A stretch of DNA of 64,000 nt from Octopus sinensis. Taxonomy: Eukaryota. The notes under the pieces are model-generated. The model did no database searches. It was given only the letters and a program-made list of their open reading frames with translations, and had not been told where the DNA came from. This document shows positions 36,069 through 48,129 of the stretch, piece after piece. A program made the position numbers and the translations under genes. The stretch spans positions 198,214,001 through 198,278,000 of the forward strand of contig NC_042998.1 of the NCBI RefSeq assembly GCF_006345805.1. The letters run 5' to 3'. Numbering within the stretch: position 1 is the stretch's first letter; the number at the start of each line of letters is the position of its first letter.

Positions 36069-36527
36069 GAGAACAGTGGTCCCGGTGCGCGCACTCGCGT
36101 AGTCGCGCTAGCTAGTTCGTGACTGGTCGATCCTACAACGACTACCTAGCAAAGTAAATAAAACACAAAATAAATAATTTTTTTACACAAAGTAAATAAT
36201 TTTTGTTAAACCAAGTAAATAAGGCCCATCACGGTAACTTCAAAAGAACTTCCCCCGTCATACAATCGCTTTCTCTTAGTCTCTTTCGCTCTCATTACTT
36301 CAAAAGTTCCCGCAATCCCATATGTAAAAAAAAAAAAAATTTTTTACGGAAATCGACGGAAAGGTCTACTAGAGACGAAAGATTACCGTAAATAAAACAC
36401 AAAAACCCAAAATAAATAATTTTTTAAACAAAGTAAATAACACACAAAAACACAAAGTAAGGATCGACTAGTCACGACTAGCTAGCGCTAGTACGCGAGT
36501 GCGCGCACCGGGACCACTGTTCTCGTG
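36069..36527. mobile_element. MITE-like element with GC-rich ~65-bp TIRs
   Basis: GAGAACAGTGGTCCCGGTGCGCGCACTCGCGTA...GATCCT at 36069-36134 and its inverse at about 36457-36527; no clear TSD. Confidence 0.75.
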
Positions 36528-36751
36528 TAGAACCGCCCTTTGTACGTACGCCTATATATATATATATATATAATATGGTTTATAGAGAAAGGAGGTAAAA
36601 AAAAAACAGACAAATGTTATGGAGCAACTCACCGGAAATCTCATCAGCTAAATCGCCATATATTGTGATCGGATATAATAGACAGACGAAAAGTACTCCT
36701 AAATATCTAGACATAATTCGCTACCATCAGAGAATCTGTGGTGCGGGTTAC

Positions 36752-36913
36752 CCGCTGGTTTTTGGTGGTGGAACTGGTGGTGCCTCCAGCAACGGAGCAA
36801 CTTTGGAGTGAAAGCGGAGCACGGGTGGGGAACAGAGTGATAACGACCCAACTTTACACAACTAATAACTTTTTTCTGTGTCACTTTCAAAGTTGGGAAT
36901 TCATTCAGCTCTT
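36752..36913 (-). CDS. Candidate exon, 162 nt, coding or 5' UTR
   Basis: Acceptor CACGTTTTGGCTTTTCAG, donor CGG/GTAACC, unique GC/CpG-rich sequence, open frame EELNEFPTLKVTQKK... Confidence 0.25.
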
Positions 36914-37099
36914 CTGAAAAGCCAAAACGTGCTTTTAATAATATATATATCTCCGATGATTAATTAATTAATTAACTAAATCAATTTACACTTATTATTA
37001 TTATTGCTTGTTCTTCTATGCTTTTGGTGAAGTGTTTGTATATTTTTGTCAAAGCCACGTTAGTGTAAAATTGTTCTTCTAACTAACCTAATCTCTCCC

Positions 37100-37475
37100 C
37101 ACACTCGTCTTCACCATTGCGGCCCGACCTACACAAACATCAATTTCACACCCTCTCTCTTTCTCTCTATTACAATTTTTTATTACTCTCCCTCTCTCTC
37201 TATGTCAGTTTCACATTCCCTCTCTCTTTCTCTCTATTAGAATCTTTATTATTCTCCCTCTCTATCTATGTCAGCTTCACACTCTCTCTCTTTCTCTCTA
37301 TTAGAACCTTCTATTACTCTTCCTCTCTCTCTATGTCAGGCTCACGTTCCGCTCTTTCTTCTAATAAAACTCTCCCTCACTCTCTTCTCCCCTCTCTCGC
37401 TCTCTTCTCCCTTTTCTCGCTCTCTTCTCCTTTCTCTCGTTCTTTTCACGTCATTCTCTTGTTCTCTTTCTTAAT

Positions 37476-37537
<62 letters not shown>

Positions 37538-37770
37538 TTGTTTCTGTATATCGTTTCTCATTTTTTCGTTCGACAAAGTTTTGTCATAGTATTTACGTCA
37601 CTCTCACTTTCTCTTTATTATTTCTCTCTTTCCCTCTGTCTCTGAGTCACATATCCTCATTGCCTGCCTTTTTTCATTCTCAAACTTCGATTTTCTCTCC
37701 GTAAATCTTTCTCCCTCTATCATCTCCCATTTTAAACCATCTCTCTCTCACTCACTCTCTCTCTCTTTAC
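37100..37770. repeat. Long CT-rich polypyrimidine tract
   Basis: Strongly pyrimidine-biased + strand with (CT)n runs. Confidence 0.9.
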
Positions 37771-37819
37771 ACACACACACTATTTGAGTGTGTGTATGTT
37801 TTGTGTATGCGTGTGTGTG

Positions 37820-37859
<40 letters not shown>

Positions 37860-37998
37860 TTTATTCAACATAACCTGTTACTCTGAGTTTCCCGTTGCCG
37901 TTCATCGGACAGTTTTTGCTAGAATAAAGCATATTACTCTACCACTGGTATTTGAGTACTCTTTTTTCCACCTTGTTTCACATTTATGTGTTTACTCC

Positions 37999-38051
<53 letters not shown>

Positions 38052-38168
38052 GTAAAATATGAAAAATCATTCATATTTTACCCTTACATTTCCACGTGTA
38101 TTTTATATTTTCTTTTTGTAACATATTTCTACTATATATATATATATATACTTTCTATTTTGTACCTC

Positions 38169-38222
<54 letters not shown>

Positions 38223-38421
38223 CACACACACACACACTGTTTCTAAGTCTACTTGTATATTTTTGTCCTGTCTCACTGAAAGTTGACAATTTCAAGTGCT
38301 CACCAAAGATCAATGTTGTAAAGTAGCAAAATGTAGCCCCTCTCCTTTCTCCTTTCCTCTCATGACCATGGGCATTTGACACTTTATGATTCTAGCAACC
38401 ACATAGCTAGAAATAATTTAC

Positions 38422-38644
38422 CCAAGAAATCTAGGTTCCCAGGTAAAACAGCGCAGCCGTAGCAGGGGTTGTTGTGAGAGATTTCGAATTTGAAACGTAA
38501 CAAGAAATTTTGAGGTAAGACTTGGCGTCCAATAATGCGGAGATCCTGCTTTAACTTCGAAGCGACAACCAACTCCAGTATAACAAGAGAAAAGAAAATG
38601 AATGGTGTTTTCGAGTTCGAATCTGGCGAAAGCTGGCATTTCAT
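38422..38644 (-). CDS. Candidate first exon, MKCQLSPDSNSKTPF...LDFL
   Basis: ATG at 38644, donor TTGG/GTAAAT, CpG-rich unique sequence. A competing + strand donor GAG/GTAAGA lies near 38514. Confidence 0.15.
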
Positions 38645-39219
38645 TTTCCATTCATAACGACTAATTAATTATTTCTAATTGGTGTAATTTACTTCGAAAA
38701 AGCAGAGAGAAAAAGTTAATTCCTGTGTCAAGGAAAAATATTGATCAGTAGTGGTAGTAGCAGTAGTAATAGTAACGAAATAACAAATCTGGTGCGTGTG
38801 CGTGCATGAGAGAGAGAGAGAGAGAGAGAGAGTAGGCAGAGGATAGGGAAAAGGCAACATAGACAAGAACAGAGGAGAGTCAGGGAAATGTTTGGAAAGA
38901 GAAGGAGAAGAGCTCGGAAAGAGTAGGTACAGTAATGATGGCATCACACAGCTACATGTGGGTCAAAGGAATTAAAGCAGTAACAGCCTGAATGGTGACA
39001 TCACTCGTGTGTGTGTGTGTGTACGTGCGTGGGTATAAATACACACACACGCACACACACACACACATACATTGACAGTCGTTGCTGTGTCGGATACATT
39101 GCTTCGCGGGATTTGTTCTGGTGTTCTGCGTTCTGAGTTCAAATCTTGCCGCCGAAGTCAACATCACCTTTCACCCTTTCAGAGTCAATGAAGTTCTATT
39201 CAAATACTGCGATCTCTGC

Positions 39220-39281
<62 letters not shown>

Positions 39282-39921
39282 CTTTGCAAATGGCTATGTT
39301 GCACTATGTGAAGGGTCATTGTAGGACATATAACGTCTATTCTGTCTATTGAAACTGTAAAAGATCGAGTGAGGAACTAGCAACTGGTTCTCAAAGAAAC
39401 ACTGTATTTTGTGGATTGATGTTGTAACTCACAACACAATTCATTTGTACAATATTCTAATTTAATGAAACATGTGTGTGTGTGTTTGTGCGTGGGTGGA
39501 GGGAGCTGAGTTGGTAGTCTGTTTCTCGGGAGTTTTCCCGATATGTGATTGGCCACTCACATAAATCTGGTCCAATTTTTTCCCCAGTTTGTGGAACTGA
39601 TTACACGTCACGAAAAGTCCAATCGAAAACTACTGCTGTAACCACCTGGACTTCCATCGCACCTGAAAAGTGCCACCTGTTGGATTCCTCTACGCTACGT
39701 GTTCAAGCAGTCATATTATACATTCTCACACACTTATAATACCAAGTCACAAGCGCACACACAAAAACACACCTCTCTCTCTATCTCTCTCTCTCTCTCT
39801 CTGACCGCGTGTGTATCGTTGGCGATTTTCTTTCTGTTTTCCCTTCTTTGGACTTTTTCTATATTTCTGATTAAGAGTTCCGCTCGAAACGTGAAATCCT
39901 CTTTCTCTTCTTTCCTTTCCT

Positions 39922-40270
39922 GTAGCCTTCAACTAACACTATCTCCTCCAAGACCCTGCGGCGCAAGTTGACCAAAACTGAGAGTATGATAGAAGAAGGC
40001 TTGCTCTTCCTACCGTAGAAGAAAATATTCAAATTGGACCATGTTAACAACCAAAAATTATTTACATCAAAAAGGTGCTTTTTTTCTATGAAAATCCCTA
40101 TTTTTTACGATTTTCTTTACTGCTGTGTCGCCATTTTTCGGTTTATTTCAACCAGAAAAATGTTCACTTAAAGAGAATAGCAAGCTACATAATGAAATTT
40201 TTTTACTTTTCAAAAATTCCAATTCTAAAGGGTCGAAACAAACCCGAGCAACGCCGGGCGATACTGCTAG
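39922..40270 (+). mobile_element. Helitron family H2, 5'-truncated
   Basis: Ends AAACCCGAGCAACGCCGGGCGATACTGCTAG/T. Confidence 0.82.
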
Positions 40271-40274
40271 TATA

Positions 40275-40320
<46 letters not shown>

Positions 40321-42049
40321 TGAGAAAGGGGTGGGAACGGAGGTTAGAGAAAGAGAGAAAAATGGACAAACAATTAGACATGACAGGCAATCATTTGTAT
40401 GAGATTTACATAGACATATTATTTTGGTTTCACATATGAAGAGCAAAGTCAACCACGGCAGAATGTGAACTCAAAACTTAAAGACGGACGAAATGCCGCT
40501 AAGTATTTTGTCCGGCTTGCTAAAGATTCTGCCTGCCATCTGCCTTCATATATATCTTCATATTACAAGATGTTGTTATTCTTTTGTAACTGTATCAAAG
40601 ATTCGATGATTAGTTGATGCAATGATGCATATTATGCAAACAGGAGTACAGTAATTAGGCAATAATTATACACAGCAAATAAGCAAAAATATTATCAACT
40701 CGCATGATGCATGATATGTTAATATTTTCAAGATGGAACACCGAAACTTTTCATCAGAAGAATGAGTGGTAAACGCACAAGCAAAAGTAGCAAACCACGA
40801 GCATCAATAAAAATACAGAGGAAGAGGGCGATAATAACTAATGGAGAGGTAAATACAGGGAAAGTGGATGTATAATATCATCAACCAGTCACCGCATCTT
40901 TGAAACAGCTGTAAAGAATAACCTCATCATATTATAGGAATATCTAATGTAACATTTCAGATAAATGAATTCTGCCATCTACAAATGTTTGCCGATTTTT
41001 TTTTGTATTCTCATTTCTCGTTCGTTATGTATTTCTTATAACCATCTCTTTTCTGCTGGACTACTTTACCCCGATTAGGAAATTGGAATTAAAGAATCTA
41101 ACCAATCAAAGCATTGCTTCGGTGCTTCTCTATTCCATGCTTACACTAGCGTTTTCTCACCCATTTACATGGACAGAGACGCGTATGCATATATACATAT
41201 ATATTATGTGTGGTATGTGTGTATGTATGCATATATATGTGTGTGTGTATAAATATATATCTACATGCATACATACATATATAGCGGAATTCTTAGCCTA
41301 TACATACATGTGTGTGTATGTGTGTGTGTATGTGCGTGCGTGTGTGTGTGTGTAAGCTAAGAATGCATCCACTGCAAAATTATTCAATAAACCTACTTGA
41401 AGCCGATCTTTTTCTTAAAGTAGTTAAAATGATAAATTTTAAAATTAACATACAGTTCTTTGAGCAAGAATCTCTCATCTCTACAAAATCATAAAAACTA
41501 GTTTCATCCGAGATAACAATATGCGTGTGTGTATGTGTAGATATAGATATATATACACATAAACACACGCACACACTCTCTCTGTCTTTCGCTCTCTCTC
41601 ACATGAAGCAGACAGCATTTATACCAAAGATTAATGGCTAATAATACACTAATATTAAAAAAAGCAAAACTGACAATCAAACATAGAACTCCAAGTTTGA
41701 CGAAGACAAAGTAATAACGATTAGTCTTAAAGTCAGTGGCGGCTTGTAGATAAAATTAGTTGGGATGCTGCTTCAGAAAATTTTTAGCTGTTGTTTTAAT
41801 ATTGTGTAAAAGGAAATAAACATATAAGAAGAAAATTAATACATAAACTTGATAGTTTCGCGTTTTAGCCACTGTTGGATACGTGTGTTTAATTTGTTTA
41901 CTGAACACTGCCGAGATTTCCCTCTTCTTTTTAAAAATCTCCCTAAATCACAAAATGGTGGGGGGTGCCTTATTTTTCAAATCCTGACAGCAACACTAAA
42001 GCTGGAAGGAAGATAATAATAAACACGTTTTTTAAGCACAAAACACGCG

Positions 42050-42320
42050 GTGTCAAAACCACACACCACCTTTCACCCGACACTGTCGTTCACGCAGAAC
42101 TCTCTCTCCCTAGCGTGAAGCTTCCTATCTCGGATATGGGAGCATGCGCACAACAGCCAAACACCGCCTTGCTGGAACTGTGAAGCGGATTTTTGTATTT
42201 TTTCCATCAACTAGGGGATGGCTATTGACATTAAACTTGAGTATTATATAATGTTCAAGTATAAAGAAAGAATTAAAAAAAAAAGGGGCTCATTATATTG
42301 AATGTTATCGATAACATCGA
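42050..42320. promoter_or_regulatory. Candidate promoter region with NRF1-like and DRE-like motifs
   Basis: GCATGCGCA at 42142-42150; 16-bp palindrome ATGTTATCGATAACAT (42302-42317) centred on TATCGATA; locally CpG-rich. Confidence 0.35.
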
Positions 42321-42681
42321 GTGGAAATAGGGGGTATTGCAGTTCCACAGTTCCTATACACGAGTCGCCACTGCTTAAGGTAGTTGACTGTAGAATATTT
42401 AGCTTTACGAAAAGCTTACATCACTTTTAAGGGTCATACCCTATCTGTATTAAAAAGAGGAGGATATATTGGGTAATGTAGTCTAGATACTCTATGTCTG
42501 AACCAAAAAAAAGATGAGATGGTTACAGTTGGAAAGCCTTTCATTACATCTTTGGTCTATCAGTCTGACTTGGAGCTGAACAACACCAGACGATAACAAA
42601 AACGCTATTCTTCGTTGGGCAAAATTCAGGCTCATTGACTGTTTGGAGTGAATTAGATAAAGTCGACATGAATATTCTAAA

Positions 42682-43074
42682 CTTGCAGTATCACCCGGCG
42701 TTGCTCGGGTTTGTTTCGACCCTTTAGAATTGGAATTTTTGAAAAGTAAAAATTTTGTATTATGTAGCTTGTTATTCTCTTTAGATGAAGATTTTTCTGG
42801 TTGAAATACACCGAAAAATGGTGACACAGCAGTCAAAAAATCGTAAAAAATAGGAATTTTCATACCAAAAAAAGCACCTTTTTGATGTAAATAATTTTTG
42901 ATGTTAACATGGTCCGATTTGAATTTCATCTTCTACGGAATGAAGAACAAGCCTTCTTTTATCATACTCTCAATTTTGGTCAACTTGTGCAGCAGGGTCA
43001 TGGAGGGGATAGTATTAGTTGAAGGCTACCAAACCTGCCATACACAGACAACTTCAGCTTTATATAGAGAGAGA
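42682..43074 (-). mobile_element. Helitron family H2
   Basis: Full-length reverse-complement match to 45231-45623. Confidence 0.82.
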
Positions 43075-43573
43075 TTACGTTAATTCATGAAGTTTGCAAT
43101 ATCATATTCCTCTTATTCTAGAATAATGGTGTTTCTGTTAAATAGTGTCTCAACTGCATCAGTAATAAACATCATTGCAAATTTACAGTTTGATAGAATT
43201 GTTTGCCTCTCTAACGAAAATCCTTTCTCTAAACTATTTAAATCAGTAAATGTTATAGGATTATAGAACATGGAAGGAAATCTCTTCTATACTTTTGTAA
43301 CTCCTTTTGAAATTGAAAAATGATTTATTTAATGTTTCTTTGAGGAATCATAACTCAACAAAATTGAATTATATTAGTGCGCTTTATGTTCTAGAACTTC
43401 TTCAAAAAAGATTTACTACCCTAAAGAGGGGTTTGTGCTTGGACGATGGTTAAATAAAGTTTCTTTAATATGAACGGTCATGAATTAGATTTGGAAACGA
43501 TCTCAAAGCTATATTGAAAAATTTGAACCTTATATTGATTTAAATGTTGTCCACATTTTAGTTACTTTAAATT

Positions 43574-43829
43574 GGATCTTTTCACTTTGACCGGCAGATT
43601 TTTAAAATAATTTCTTTGTAACTAAACACTTTTAAACTTCGTATACTGGTAGAACGTGTCACATAAAACATCTTTTTCTCTTGGCTTTCTTGAGAAAATT
43701 CTGTAGTTTGTAAGCTATTTGTTGTTAAATTTCTTGCATTTCGGCAATTTCAACCAATCAATGACGTCTATTGAGGTGAATACAATTTCTGCGGTTGTTT
43801 GTCAACAACAATTTCTTGCGGTGTCTACT
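43574..43829 (+). mobile_element. One-ended Merlin-like MITE fragment
   Basis: Starts GGATCTTTTCACTTTGACCGGCAG, aligns with the left part of 32880-33310, no right TIR. Confidence 0.75.
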
Positions 43830-44600
43830 GTCATGAATTAGATTTGGAAACGATCTCAAAGCTATATTAAAAAATTTGAACCTTATATTGATTTAAATGT
43901 TGTTCACATTTTAGTTACTTTAAATTTAGGTGTTAATAATAGATATTATCATTGCTGAAAACCCGATGAAAAATTACACTACATCAAAAGGACTGCAGTA
44001 ACACATCCTCCCACAATTTAAAGAAATATTATTCATATTATTCGCAAATGTATATTGAATATATGATGAGGCCTTCTTTAATATTTCTGCACGTTATAAT
44101 ATCGGTGTTAAACTAAATAACGTTTTAGCCGACATAATTTATTGCATAAAAGATATGTTTAGAAATGAAAAAGGAATATTGTATGGATTAACCCACCCAT
44201 TCGTTTAAAAGCCCGTTCCGCTATAGAGAAATATTTAAAATTTAATATCTTCATGATATTTGTTAGATCGCAAATATACGCCCTTTAATAAAAAAAAATA
44301 CTGTTAGATAATGCAGTTACTTCTAAGCCAATAATTTTACAGTCTCTGTCGCTGAATTCAACACCAAGTACTTTCCAATAAAAAAAAATTACAATTTTAT
44401 CTTCTACTTCTAGTAGTAACATACTTACTACAAGTCCATGACTTTTGAAAGCTCAGGTTTATAATGGTAAAGTTTCTTTTGATAGCAATACTGTGTCAAA
44501 ACCCTATATCGAGTTTACTGACAAAACCCTTAACCACTTAATACATTCACAAACCTACAAAAAGAAACAAAAAGGATGATGGAGCCTTATCCAAGTATAT

Positions 44601-45015
44601 TATTTCTTTACTGCCCACAAAGGGGCTAAACATAGAGGGGACAAACAAGGACAGACATAGGTATTATGTCGATTACATCGACCCCAGTGCGTAACTGGTA
44701 CTTAATTTATCGACCCCGAAAGGATGACAGGCAAAGTCGACCTCGGCGGAATTTGAACTCAGAACGTAACGACAGACGAAATACCTATTTCTTTACTACC
44801 CACAAGGGGCTAAACACAGAGAGGATAAACAAGGACAGACGAACGGATTAAGTCGATTACATCGACCCCAGTGCATAACTGGTACTTATTTAATCGACCT
44901 CGAAAGGATGAAAGGCAAAGTCGACCTCGGCGGAATTTGAACTCAGAACATAGCGGCAGACGAAATACCGCTAAGCATTTCGCCCGGCGTGCTAACGATT
45001 CTGCCAGATGCGGCC
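44601..45015 (-). mobile_element. SINE family C dimer
   Basis: Junction GAAATACC/TATTTCT at 44785/6 is the reverse complement of the 34-kb junction. Confidence 0.9.
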
Positions 45016-45230
45016 TTAATGAGCATACAGACTTATGCTTTTAATACTCAGCACTCAATTCTTGATTTTGCTTTCTCGTGCACTCAGAAATTTTTGTTAA
45101 AATTTCCGTTATTACTGGTATCTCACTAGGGGACCGACAGGTTTGAACAAGAAGCTAGAATTAGTTACTTTGTGAAGGCATTTCACCAAATTCTTCCTGA
45201 AACGTTTTATATCACCCGCCGAGTAAATAA

Positions 45231-45623
45231 TCTCTCTATATATAAAGCTGAAGTTGTCTGTGTATGGCAGGTTTGGTAGCCTTCAACTAACACTATCTCC
45301 TCCGAGACCCTGCGGCGCAAGTTGACCAAAATTGAGAGTATGATAGAAGAAGGCTTACTCTTCATTCCGTAGAAGAAAAAATTCAAATCGGACCATGCTA
45401 ACACCACAAATTATTTACATCAAAAAGGTGCTTTTTTTCTATGAAAATCCCTATTTTTTACGACTTTTTGGACTGCTATGTTGCCATTTTTCGGTGTATT
45501 TCAACCAGAAAAATGTTCACTTAAAGAGAATAACAAGCTACATAATGCAAAATTTTTACTTTTCAAAAATTCCAATTCTAAAGGGTCGAAACAAACCCGA
45601 GCAACGCCGGGCGATACTGCTAG
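45231..45623 (+). mobile_element. Non-autonomous Helitron family H2, best-preserved copy
   Basis: A/TC...CTAG/T ends and CCCG-AGCAACGC-CGGG subterminal hairpin; 3' end shared with family H1. Confidence 0.85.
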
Positions 45624-46239
45624 TCTGTTATATGTAGTAGAGAATATTTCATTTTCGAACCTCTTTTTACGCACGAGCGTACACTGTTACACATAAACAT
45701 ACGCTCACTCCATATGTGTGTGCGTGTGTGTGTGCACGCGAAAAATATTAATTCTTCATCGTTATTTTGATACGAGTTGTCAACCTTGCACTATCTTTTC
45801 TGAGTGTCCAAAATAACGATTTTCTATATATATATATTATAGGTCAACCGTTTTCACATTTTCATTACTTATTTATCATTATATATATATATATTCCTTA
45901 TAGAACTCTTAATACGATAGCTCAGAAAAAAGATACATTTTATTTTAATAAATAACTACCAACGAATAAAGGCGTTACGATTGTGGAGAAAGGAGAGCAA
46001 CTGCCCTCAACAAATTCGGACAAAGCAACAGGGAAAATTCAGGCAAGGATGGAAAAAAAACTGGACAGGAAAGCAGAAAGATTAATAAATTAACAATGAT
46101 GGCAAGTTAATAGTCAACTAATGTCAACTAAAGTTCTTTACAAGCGTCTCAATTAGTTAAAGAAATGAAGGCAATCTCCTATATTCCACCCAGTTCACAA
46201 TCTCATTACACTCCAGTCTTGTTTTCGTTCGTTGCATAA

Positions 46240-46241
46240 AA

Positions 46242-46293
<52 letters not shown>

Positions 46294-46530
46294 TAATAAT
46301 AATGAAATTATTGTATACAGTGCTCAGGTGCACCACAACTTGTCAAAAGTGCATATAAAGCATATGCAGTAATGTACAAATGTCTGGGAAGCGAACAATG
46401 TATGAGTCAGATACATGCTTGCGTGTGTATGGAGGGGAGAAGATCAGGTGTAGTGTTGGCGAATCTCTCAGGAAGCATGGAAGTTTTGAAGGATGCAGTG
46501 CTCGGACAACTAACAACTGATGCCGGCAGT
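46240..46530 (-). pseudogene. CR1 LINE extreme 3' fragment
   Basis: (AAT)n reverse tail and reverse complement of the shared 3' UTR. Confidence 0.85.
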
Positions 46531-46624
46531 TTTTCTCGGAGTTTTTACCAAGTTTCTATTTTTGATCTTTCCTATAACAATGTGTGTACAACTCCCGGAC
46601 ATGGGGAGTCGAAAACACACTCAC

Positions 46625-46713
46625 TATAAAATCAACGTTGTAAGGATCGTTCCTTCCTCTGTGTTCCGCTCTTGCTGGTTTCCAATCCCAGTTCCAAATT
46701 GTAAACATTACAT
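46625..46713 (-). CDS. Candidate exon, 89 nt, xVMFTIWNWDWKPARAEHRGRNDPYNVDFI
   Basis: Acceptor TTAATTTTTCTAATATAATCAG, donor ATA/GTGAGT, only one frame open. Product not recognised. Confidence 0.3.
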
Positions 46714-46856
46714 CTGATTATATTAGAAAAATTAACAAACGAACGTTTCTTATCCCTGACTCGCCAAATGTGTAGAACGCAGCAAACAAAAAGATTCTGG
46801 TTACAAACTATTCTTGCTGATCGGAAAATGAATTTTATGTGGGCCAGGAGAATCCC

Positions 46857-47077
46857 CCCTTTCGTTACCGTATTTATTTTGAGATGCTCTGTGTTTCTTT
46901 CAATTATTTTAAATATAACAAAGAATTTAGTAAAATAACTAAGTTATCATTAAGCTAGTGTTAGGAATATAAATTGCAACTAATGTTTGGTGGTATATTT
47001 TGATGCAAAACTTATGAAAACAAGACATTTGTACTACAGAACCACAGCCGGTTTTGGCCGGGTTAGTAACGAAAGGG
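46857..47077. mobile_element. piggyBac-like MITE
   Basis: CCCTTTCGTTACC...AGTAACGAAAGGG/TTAA; left TTAA lost. Confidence 0.8.
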
Positions 47078-47327
47078 TTAAAAAGGCAAAACATTCAAAG
47101 CCCAATTCTTTCAAATAATGAAGAGAATGATAGTGATAAAACATATACACCTATAACTTACGCAACTTAAGCAAACAATTTCTCATAACAATTTTGTTTA
47201 CAGTGATGATCAGGTATTGCATGGAACCACGACCATCCAGGTGAGAAAATATTTCAAGTACAAAAATGTTGATGAATTGCCCCTTATAACTCCCCTATTA
47301 TTTTGCTGGCCTGCAGGTCACTATCAC

Positions 47328-47560
47328 TGAAATTGGACAAAATCAGGAAGTTTAATTCAGTATGGAGGAATAGCCTGGACACTTAGCAAAAAAACTGGAA
47401 TTCAAGCAAGATGGAATTTACACCCAAATGCTAAGAGCAGTCTTAAACATATCTTAGAGAACTCACCCAACAATAAACAGCTGTATGGAGATCTCCTGGC
47501 TGTTTCCAGCATCAAGGCTAGCTCAAGGTACCAGCAACTTGGGCAGTTGCCCGGAGTGCC
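47328..47560 (+). pseudogene. RTE-group LINE relic
   Basis: QYGGIAWTLSKKLEFKQDGIYTQMLRAVLNIS* resembles LYGSEAWTL...LDGTYTRMLRAVLNISW. Confidence 0.65.
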
Positions 47561-47911
47561 ATGTATTAGGGGGCGCCAAGGAGGGGGTGACAAAGACAAA
47601 GAAATTTTCATGACTGTCAGCTAGTACACACTAAAGATTGGCTTGCCTGGGGCACCAGCAACCCAAGGGCCATCTCTGTCTAAAATTATAAGGGAAAGGC
47701 ACTTGCACTTCACGTGATACTGCTGACGGTCTAAACAAGAGCTGGCAAGTGACCTATTGCTATGGATAGCAAAGTATGCTATACTTGAGCTGTTTGTCCA
47801 AACACATGTAGATCAGCTCAGCTCATCTGAGACTCTGGATGCCTCCCTGAAGACCTCACTCAACTAATACAGGACCGAACTGGATGGTGTGTGCAGCTTT
47901 AAAATTGTATT

Positions 47912-48129
47912 ATATACATATTAGAGGGAAACCACTATGTGGACACCCTTATGCTAGAAATAGATCCGCTATGGTCTTACCACTTTTCTCAAGAAAAATT
48001 TAGCAAAACAACCAAAACATAATCGAGCAAGACAAATTTTCTTGAGAACAGTTCTTAGTGGTAAGACCATAGCGGATCTATTTCTAGCATGAGGGTGTCC
48101 ACATAGTGGTTTCCCTCTAATATGTATAT
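47912..48129. mobile_element. Foldback MITE with ~75-bp arms
   Basis: ATTAGAGGGAAACCACTATGTGGACACCC...TTACCACT and its near-perfect inverse, plus further internal pairing; TA-rich flanks. Confidence 0.85.

Noticed and set aside
40762-40848. Plus-strand first coding exon MSGKRTSKSSKPRASIKIQRKRAIITNGE
   Set aside because: Plausible ATG and GAG/GTAAAT donor, but no compatible downstream exon or homology recognised; cannot be told from chance.
47204-47366. Plus-strand exon pair DDQVLHGTTTIQ / VTITEIGQNQEV, cadherin- or proteasome-like
   Set aside because: The second part stops at once and overlaps an RTE relic that reads better in other frames; the motif is too short to assign.
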